This document shows, piece after piece, positions 57,658-64,000 of a DNA stretch of 64,000 nt. The stretch is from Polyangiaceae bacterium (lineage in GTDB: Bacteria; Myxococcota_A; Polyangia; Polyangiales; Polyangiaceae), in the NCBI GenBank assembly GCA_965222375.1, contig CBDCTZ010000016.1, positions 1,664,001 to 1,728,000 on the forward strand. The letters run 5' to 3'. A program made the translations under genes and the position numbers. Every line of letters starts with the position of its first letter. The stretch's first letter is position 1. The notes below the pieces were generated by a model that had not been told where the DNA came from, made no database searches, and was given only the letters and a program-made list of their open reading frames with translations.

Positions 57658-58590
57658 CTACGGCATCACCCCGGCGCGCTTGAGCCTGGCGAATAGCGAT
57701 CGTTTTCCCGGGTGGCGACGGCGCAGCTCCTTCAAGCGCTCGTGAAACTCGGGAAGCTTGTCGATGATCGAATACTCGGCATGTAGCTCTTCAATGCGGT
57801 CTGGCAGAAAGTGGTAGTCGAAGCTCTTCGGTTTCGAGATCAAGTCTTCGATCCGCTTCCAGTTGTTGCTGAGCCCACGCGTCACGTCCCGCCGCAAAGC
57901 GCGACCGGAATCGGCCTCGCTCACTCGGCAGCTCAACAATGCGTCGAGGGATGGCGCAATGACGACCGTGTCATCGTCCATGGCCACTGGGTCGACGACT
58001 AGAATCCGCGCCTTTCGGTCGAGGGCGAATAGCTGCCCGCCCACGTTGTTGCCGATGAAGTAGAGCGAGCCGCGGCTGTAGAGTAGTGGCTCGAGGCGCT
58101 CGTTTTCCGCTGTGGCCTCTTCCTGTGGCCATAGGTAGAAGGACCCGGGCCAGTTGGGGGGCTCCTTCCGGTGCAACTTCGCCCAGTCCATGTGGATTTC
58201 ACCGCCGTCATGACCCTTCAGGGCTTTCTTGTAGGCAGCAGGCAACGCGAAGTTCACACCCTTGGCTGCTGGCTTCCCTCGACCCCCACGAACTGAAGCC
58301 TTGGCCTTCGCTTTCGCCGTCGGCCTGGCCTTGGCGGCGCTGCGGGACTTCTTCGTCGCCTTTGCGCCGACCTTGGCCTTCGCTTTCGCTTTCGCTTTCG
58401 CTGGTGCTCCACCCTTGGCCTTTGATTTCGCCCTGGGTTTCGCCTTCGCCTTTGCACCGACTCTGGCCTTTGATTTCGCTTTCGGTTTCGCCCTCGATTT
58501 TGCCGGTGCTTTGGCTTTGGGCTTCGGCTTCTTCCGAACCTTCGCTTTGGCCTTCTTTGCGACCGCTGCCTTCCGCTTCGCTTGCGCCAT
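57658..58590 (-). CDS. histone-H1-like Lys/Ala-rich region fused to SMI1/KNR4 (SUKH) domain
   Basis: About 110 aa of AKAK/PKAK with no acidic residue; then FALPAAYKKALKGHDGG...LYFIGNNVGGQLFALD...VIAPSLDALL. Confidence 0.8.
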   Translation of the reverse strand: MAQAKRKAAVAKKAKAKVRKKPKPKAKAPAKSRAKPKAKSKARVGAKAKAKPRAKSKAKGGAPAKAKAKAKAKVGAKATKKSRSAAKARPTAKAKAKASVRGGRGKPAAKGVNFALPAAYKKALKGHDGGEIHMDWAKLHRKEPPNWPGSFYLWPQEEATAENERLEPLLYSRGSLYFIGNNVGGQLFALDRKARILVVDPVAMDDDTVVIAPSLDALLSCRVSEADSGRALRRDVTRGLSNNWKRIEDLISKPKSFDYHFLPDRIEELHAEYSIIDKLPEFHERLKELRRRHPGKRSLFARLKRAGVMP

Positions 58591-58629
58591 GGGTGCAATA
58601 TAGCCGACGCGGACGGGGAGGTTCAGCCG

Positions 58630-59463
58630 CTACTCCGACCAAAAGTCCCGCGCCAAGCCTCGCCGCGTCTTCCACAGTGCGCTCTTTTCCGCGAAGCCGC
58701 TGACCCCGGTGCCGGGATCCGCATCGTCGATCTGCCAGCCGCCGTTGACCGCTCCAATGAGCGCCCCCGACAAGGCCTCGAAACCTTGCGCGGTGTACTG
58801 GTCACATTCCACGCCACGATGGATGATGTACTTGAGCTGACGCAGCGCCTGCTGGTTCTTGCTGCGCAGGACATCGAGCAGCGCTGACACCTCTGCGTCG
58901 AGCTGGTCGTGGGTTACCACTCGGTTCCACAAAGTCAGCTCGACTGCACGGCGCGCTGTATGCAGCGCGCCCAGCAGGTTGATCTGTTTGGTCATGCGAC
59001 GGCCGATGAGGCGCGCCATTCGCGTGGTTCCGCCCCAGCCCGGCGTGATGCCAACGTCCACTTCCGGCATACCCCACTTCGCACGCTCGGTCGCGACGAC
59101 AAAGTCGCAGGCCATCGTGATCTCGAGCCCGCCCCCAACGGCATAACCGTCCACCGCGGCGATGGTGATCTTGTCCAGCTCTTCGAGTTGATTCGCCATA
59201 TTCTGATACAGACGGACACGACGCATGATGGCGTTGGCATTCCCCCAGCTGGGCATCTCTGTGATGTCGTCGCCGGCACAGAACGTGTTGCCCGCGCCCG
59301 AAATGACCAGGAACTTGAGACTGGTCGACTGGCGGATCTGCTCGATCGCCGTGATCAGCTCCTCCGAGAGCTGCATGCTCAAGGCGTTGTTCACGTCGGG
59401 TCGGTTGAGCGTGATGTGAGCGGTGTCGCCCGCTTCCTCGTAAATGAGCTGGCTGACGCTCAT
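58630..59463 (-). CDS. enoyl-CoA hydratase/isomerase (crotonase) family protein
   Basis: ITLNRPDVNNAL, FCAGDD, AVGGGLE, MPEVDVGITPGWGG. Confidence 0.93.
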   Translation of the reverse strand: MSVSQLIYEEAGDTAHITLNRPDVNNALSMQLSEELITAIEQIRQSTSLKFLVISGAGNTFCAGDDITEMPSWGNANAIMRRVRLYQNMANQLEELDKITIAAVDGYAVGGGLEITMACDFVVATERAKWGMPEVDVGITPGWGGTTRMARLIGRRMTKQINLLGALHTARRAVELTLWNRVVTHDQLDAEVSALLDVLRSKNQQALRQLKYIIHRGVECDQYTAQGFEALSGALIGAVNGGWQIDDADPGTGVSGFAEKSALWKTRRGLARDFWSE

Positions 59464-59481
59464 GCTGCCCTCCTTGGGGTA

Positions 59482-59530
59482 GGTTTTGAATCAAAACTCA
59501 CTCTAGGGGAGATAGTTTCGATTTGCAACT
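59482..59530. promoter_or_regulatory. two 17-bp palindromic operators between the divergent crotonase and HxlR genes
   Basis: GGTTTTGAATCAAAACT (59482-59498) and AGTTTCGATTTGCAACT (59514-59530); both fit RGTT-N9-AACT. Confidence 0.65.
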
Positions 59531-59550
59531 CAATCTGCTAAGCTGGGCAC

Positions 59551-60018
59551 ATGCCTCCGGCCCTCGATCGCCCCTGTTCTGTCGCTCGTAGCGTCGATGT
59601 TCTCGGAGATCGCTGGACTTTCCTGATTCTGAGGGAGTGCTTCTTCGGCTCACGGCGCTTCGATGTCTTTCAGGAAAGCCTCGGCATCGCCAGGAACATC
59701 CTCGCCGACCGCCTGAAGAAACTGGTGCGCCACGGCGTGCTGAAGAGACAGCGCTACCAGGCGCGCCCGCCGCGCTACGAGTACCGCCTGACGGAACAAG
59801 GTCTCGATCTCTATGGCGTCATCGTGGAACTCATCCGCTGGGGCGATCGCTGGCTCGCGGCAAGCTCAGGCCCACCTCTGCTGATCACTCATGACTCCTG
59901 CGGCTGCTCCTTACTCCCGCAAGTGACTTGTAGCCACTGCGGCGAGGCCGTGACTGCCCGAGCAGTCAGCTATCGGCCCGGTCCTGGAGCCCGAAGAAAG
60001 AAGAAGAGAGCGCGCTGA
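59551..60018 (+). CDS. HxlR-family winged-helix regulator
   Basis: CSVARSVDVLGDRWTFLILRE, RYEYRLTEQG; C-term HDSCG...CSHC. Confidence 0.92.
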   Translation: MPPALDRPCSVARSVDVLGDRWTFLILRECFFGSRRFDVFQESLGIARNILADRLKKLVRHGVLKRQRYQARPPRYEYRLTEQGLDLYGVIVELIRWGDRWLAASSGPPLLITHDSCGCSLLPQVTCSHCGEAVTARAVSYRPGPGARRKKKRAR

Positions 60019-60057
60019 AGCCCGCTCGCGGATTGAGGTCGACTGTCCTTTGCCCCG

Positions 60058-61623
60058 TCACCAAGGAACGGATTTGTAGTCCTTGAGGAACTGGCCCCAC
60101 ACGTGGTGGCCCGTATTGATACCCTCGAATATCGGATCGACGATGCGTGCGGCACCGTCCACGATGTCCAGGGGCGGATGGAAACCATGCTGTCGCATCT
60201 TGCGTTCCGCGATGTGCGCGGGGTCTTCGTCGGTTACCCACCCCGTGTCCACGCTGTTCATGTGGATGCCGTCCTTGACGTAGTCGTCAGCTGAGGTGCG
60301 GGTCATCATGTTGAGCGCCGCTTTGGCCATGTTGGTGTGGGGGTGCTTGTTGGTCTTGAAGCGACGGTGAAACTGCCCCTCCACGGCCGACACGTTCACG
60401 ATGTGCTTGTCATCGCTGGGGTGGCGCAGCATCAACGGCTTCAACCGCGCGTTCAAAACGAAGGGCGCTATCGCGTTGACGAGCTGCACCTCGAGCAGCT
60501 CCACGGTGCTCACTTCGTGCAGAGCCAGTCGCCAGCTGTTGACGGTCCGCAGGTCAACCTGCTGAAGGTCGGCGTCCAGTTGGCTTTTCGGAAACAGCTG
60601 AAACCCAGCGTCGAGATCTTCTTCTGCCATGGGCAGCTGAGAAAGGTCCGATGCTTTGCGCAGCCCAACCAAGGCGCCCATGTTTTCGAGCTGGGCTGGA
60701 GAACTCAGGGCATTGGAGTCGACAGCGGGTGCGCCCAGCGCCGCGTGTTGGGCGAGCAGGCGCTGCGCCCGCTGTGGAAGAGTGTCCAGGGCTTCGCGTT
60801 CCGCGTCTATCAGATGGCCGTAGAAACCGGGTGGGCGGCGAACCGTTTGGCAAGCGTTGTGCAAAATGAAGTCGAGGCGTTCCTCGGTCCGGCCCAAGTG
60901 CCTAGCGAAGCCCTCCACGCTCGGCGTGTGGCGCAGATCGAGTCCGTAGATCTGCAGCCGCTCGCCCCAATCCTCGTAGTCTGCCTCCCGCGCGTAGCGG
61001 ATTGCCGCGTCGTGAGGGAAGCGCGTGGTCACGATCACCCGCGCCCCAGCGCGTAGCAGCATGATGGCCGCCTGGTAACCGATCTTCACTCGGGCGCCGC
61101 TGATCATCGCCACCCGGCCGTGCAAGTCACAGGTCTGGGTGCGCTTTTGGTGATTGAAGTCACCGCAGGCTTGGCACATCTGGTCGTAGAAGAAGTGCAC
61201 CCTGGAAAAGAGCTCTTTGCACACGTAGCAAACCCGCGGCTTCCTGAGCGCCGAGCCCGCGAGCCCGCTGTCTACATCGGGAGCCTCGCCTGCCGCCTCG
61301 GCTGCCAGCGCGCCAGCCTTGGGTGTGATGAACACGGGTTGCGCCCGCTTTTTGCGAATCGCTGCCCGCTCCAAGAGTGCCTCGTCGTCTTGGCGCAGCT
61401 TCTTTTTCGCCTTCTTGCGCAGCGCTCGCGCCAAGATGACCTGCTCGGTTCGCTCCGGCCGCGACACGCGCCCGGCCGCCATCAGCAGGCGATTGCGCTC
61501 CTCGGTGCTGAGCTTCGCCAAGTGCGCACGGCTGTCGACGAGCGCCTCCAGCACGCGTGTACACTCCGCCAATTGTCCCGACGTGATCTCGTCGGGGTCG
61601 GCCTTTTTAGAAGGTTCGCTCAC
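60058..61623 (-). CDS. atypical SDR oxidoreductase with N-terminal Cys4 (Zn-ribbon-like) module
   Basis: CYVC...CQAC, SGARVKIG, HNACQT, VNVSA, HPHTNMAKAAL, VDTGWV. Confidence 0.88.
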   Translation of the reverse strand: MSEPSKKADPDEITSGQLAECTRVLEALVDSRAHLAKLSTEERNRLLMAAGRVSRPERTEQVILARALRKKAKKKLRQDDEALLERAAIRKKRAQPVFITPKAGALAAEAAGEAPDVDSGLAGSALRKPRVCYVCKELFSRVHFFYDQMCQACGDFNHQKRTQTCDLHGRVAMISGARVKIGYQAAIMLLRAGARVIVTTRFPHDAAIRYAREADYEDWGERLQIYGLDLRHTPSVEGFARHLGRTEERLDFILHNACQTVRRPPGFYGHLIDAEREALDTLPQRAQRLLAQHAALGAPAVDSNALSSPAQLENMGALVGLRKASDLSQLPMAEEDLDAGFQLFPKSQLDADLQQVDLRTVNSWRLALHEVSTVELLEVQLVNAIAPFVLNARLKPLMLRHPSDDKHIVNVSAVEGQFHRRFKTNKHPHTNMAKAALNMMTRTSADDYVKDGIHMNSVDTGWVTDEDPAHIAERKMRQHGFHPPLDIVDGAARIVDPIFEGINTGHHVWGQFLKDYKSVPW

Positions 61624-61957
61624 GCTCGCCCCGCCGTTTAGCGCCTATCGCTCGGCTCCGCCAGGGCTGCGTTAGATCGACGAGCAACCCGACCGCGTGG
61701 CAGGCGCCGTGCAAGCCACCCGACTCAGCGCGGGCCCGCGAAGACAACCGCCCATCGACCACCGCGTCGCCCAGTCCGAGACACGGCTCGATCCCTAGCG
61801 CACGCCCGTCCCCGCCGCCGCGAGTTTGAACGCCCGCCAGAGGATGACGGGCGATTCGTCTGTCTTCGTTTGGTTTGGGGTCGAGCACTGGGTCACGTTG
61901 GGCCCCTACTCCCGCACAAGGCCCACCCGTGCGGCTGCCCGACCCTTCTGTAGTTTT

Positions 61958-62008
61958 GCTACTGAAAGTGTAGCGCCAGGGACGCTTCCCTGCTACATAA
62001 AATGTAGC
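61958..62008. promoter_or_regulatory. two GCTAC-N7-GTAGC operators upstream of the CMD-family gene
   Basis: GCTACTGAAAGTGTAGC (61958-61974) and GCTACATAAAATGTAGC (61992-62008). Confidence 0.75.
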
Positions 62009-62028
62009 AAACTAGAAAGGAGCCCGTC

Positions 62029-62592
62029 ATGCCGCGCATTTCGCCCCTCAGTCCCCCCTACACCGAAGCCGTCGAAGAGACTTTCAGCCGCTTGATGCCC
62101 GCTGGCATGGAGCCCCTTGGGTTGTTTCGAACCCTCGCGGTCAATCCGCGTGTATTGCGCCGCGTGCAACGCGGGGGGCTTTTGGACCCGGGGAGCATCA
62201 GCCTGAAGCACCGCGAGATCGCCATATTGCGCACGTGCTTCTTGTGCGGTGCTGAATACGAATGGGGCGTCCATGCGGCGCTCTTCGCCGCGGGCGCTGG
62301 GCTGGAGGCAGAGCATCTGTCCGCTACGACATCGCTGCAGCCAGATCCAATATGGGAAGCGGATGAGCGGCTGATCGTGAAGCTCTGCGACTCGCTCCAT
62401 GACAGCGGGCAGGTCGAGGATGCACTCTACGCTGAACTTGCTGGCGTATTCACCGACACGCAAATCATCGAGCTGGTGATGCTTGGAGGCCTGTACCACG
62501 CCATCAGCTTCGTGGTGAATGTCGCCCAGGTCGAACCCGAGGCCTGGGCCATGCCCTTCCCGGTTTCGGCGGCATCGTCGGCGTCGAGCTAG
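62029..62592 (+). CDS. carboxymuconolactone decarboxylase/AhpD-like family protein
   Basis: LFRTLA, REIAILRT...CGAEYEWGVH, QIIEL...GLYH; AAAGGAG RBS. Confidence 0.88.
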   Translation: MPRISPLSPPYTEAVEETFSRLMPAGMEPLGLFRTLAVNPRVLRRVQRGGLLDPGSISLKHREIAILRTCFLCGAEYEWGVHAALFAAGAGLEAEHLSATTSLQPDPIWEADERLIVKLCDSLHDSGQVEDALYAELAGVFTDTQIIELVMLGGLYHAISFVVNVAQVEPEAWAMPFPVSAASSASS

Positions 62593-62625
62593 CTGCAGCC
62601 GTGTGCAATCCCAGCGGCTGCCAGG

Positions 62626-62937
62626 CTACGCCACGTGCTTGTCAGCCCACCGACTCAGTGAAAGCAAGAGCGTACCGAGTTCGGCACCAGCACGCGTCAG
62701 AGCGTAGCCTTCAGCCTCGCGATGCTCGACCACGGCCAAGGAGCGCAGTTCTTCCAGGCGCGCGTTGAGGGTCGTAGGTGAAACGTCGTCGCAGGCGGAA
62801 CGCAGCGCCCGAAACGTGAGCGGCCCTGCTCTGAGCTCCCAAACGACCCGCAGCGCCCAGCGCTGCCCGAGGGTTTCGAGCAGGACCATGACCGGGCGGT
62901 TGCTCGTGCCACGACCCGCGGGTTTGCGTTTAGCCAT
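62626..62937 (-). CDS. HxlR-family winged-helix regulator
   Basis: RPVMVLLETLGQRWALRVVWEL, VSPTTLNARLEEL, GYALT. Confidence 0.88.
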   Translation of the reverse strand: MAKRKPAGRGTSNRPVMVLLETLGQRWALRVVWELRAGPLTFRALRSACDDVSPTTLNARLEELRSLAVVEHREAEGYALTRAGAELGTLLLSLSRWADKHVA

Positions 62938-62965
62938 TCGGCGACATGCTCCACTTCACCAGATT

Positions 62966-62982
62966 GCTACAAAAAACGTAAC
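62966..62982. promoter_or_regulatory. third copy of the GCTAC-N7-GTA(G/A)C operator, upstream of hxlR
   Basis: GCTACAAAAAACGTAAC, one mismatch to the consensus of the sites at 61958 and 61992. Confidence 0.65.
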
Positions 62983-63073
62983 ATGATGACGGAGCGCATG
63001 GGGAACAGATCGAGGCCAAAGGCCTCCTCGTGGCCGCGCGTCAGCACCCGGCCGCGCGCGCTGCGCGTCAGCT

Positions 63074-64000
63074 TCATCGCTGGAGCTCTGCTACGGCCTC
63101 GACATGTTGCGTATGCGGAAACATGTCGAAGGCTCGTAGGGACTCGAGACGGAATTGCGGCTCGAGCCGCGCGACGTCTCGGGCGAGGCTCTGCGGATTA
63201 CAGGACACCAGGAGCAGGGTGCCGGAGCAGAGTCGCGACAGCTCGTCCGCCACATCACCGAGCCCAGCTCGTGGCGGATCTGCGACCACGAAGGCACTCG
63301 GCGATGCTGCGAGCTCCGTCAGCATTGCGCCAACCTCGGCGTGAACGACTCTCAACTCGCTGAGCCCCGCCCGCTGTGCTCCTTCGCGCATGGACTCCAC
63401 GGACAGGGGTGAGGACTCGACCGCAACGCCCGCTAGCCCCCGCGCCGCCAAGGGCAGGGCGAAGTTTCCGCAACCCGCGTACAGATCCACGAACTCGGTG
63501 GAGCCTTCGCGCCGCGCGCGTTCCAGTACGAAGCGCACCAGGGCTTGGTTGATGTCGTGGTTGACCTGGAGAAACGCGCCCAGGGCGACAGCGAGTTCGA
63601 TGCCCTCCGAGGCGTAGTGCTGCATTGGCGGTTCAGCTTCGCCCAAGAAGCCGATCAAGAAGCGCGGCCCCAGGCGGGTCTGCAGTGCGCTGCGCGCCGG
63701 TTCGAGATGGTCAGTGACAGCCGTCCGCGCGCCGGGTGGGGCAACATGGGGATCAGTGCTGTCGACAAGCGGCGCGAAGCACGCGGAGACTCGCCCCTTG
63801 GCGTCTTCGCCACGCACTTCCACCCATTGCAGCCCTTGCAACAGCTCGGGCGCTTCCGCCGCAGCGGCGCGAAGCTGCCCGATCGCATCCCGCAGACTGG
63901 CCTCGAGGACGACGCAGTCCGGGGCTTTCTCCGGGTTGAAGAACGCGATCGTCCCTTCGTCGATCCGAAGTCGCAACCGGTTGCGATAGTCGCGATCAGA
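63074..64000 (-). CDS. rlmD: RlmD/TrmA-family RNA m5U methyltransferase (5' truncated by window edge)
   Basis: YRNR, FLQVN, DLYAGCGNF, DPPRAG, VSCNPQSLARD, FDMFPHTQHVE. Confidence 0.85.
   Translation of the reverse strand, partial: SDRDYRNRLRLRIDEGTIAFFNPEKAPDCVVLEASLRDAIGQLRAAAAEAPELLQGLQWVEVRGEDAKGRVSACFAPLVDSTDPHVAPPGARTAVTDHLEPARSALQTRLGPRFLIGFLGEAEPPMQHYASEGIELAVALGAFLQVNHDINQALVRFVLERARREGSTEFVDLYAGCGNFALPLAARGLAGVAVESSPLSVESMREGAQRAGLSELRVVHAEVGAMLTELAASPSAFVVADPPRAGLGDVADELSRLCSGTLLLVSCNPQSLARDVARLEPQFRLESLRAFDMFPHTQHVEAVAELQR

Overview
GC-rich bacterial chromosomal segment, most likely Myxococcota (Polyangiales-like). This assignment is inferred from three Hanks-type Ser/Thr kinases, an FHA-sigma54 activator and many Cys-rich or Gly-linker lipoproteins. 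About 60 CDS were found; no rRNA, tRNA, CRISPR array or recognisable mobile element was seen. 0-21 kb: housekeeping genes (lipB, mnmA, tilS, ftsH, CCA-adding enzyme, LolC/E-like permease) mixed with signalling genes (REC-GAF-HD-GYP, FliA/WhiG-like sigma factor followed by an orphan T3SS inner-rod-like gene, two kinases). 21-31 kb: an ABC-like cassette whose ATPase has lost every catalytic motif, an ECF sigma/NrsF/thioredoxin operon and an OmpA/MotB-like lipoprotein. 31-42.5 kb: a DODA-type dioxygenase pseudogene, then a complete Pho locus (phoBR, porin, pstSCAB-phoU) with three readable PHO boxes. 42.5-58.6 kb: accessory region with an FG-GAP/kinase/TPR/FHA-sigma54 module, large repeat lipoproteins (beta-helix, 14x RCC1), a P2-type ATPase and a histone-H1-like/SUKH immunity fusion. 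58.6-64 kb: two HxlR modules with visible palindromic operators, an atypical SDR and a partial RlmD-like methyltransferase. Best candidates for undescribed biology: the H1-like-SUKH fusion, the sigma28 + SctI-like pair and the pseudo-ATPase ABC cassette. All calls come from motif recognition by eye, with no database search. Start codons are best estimates.
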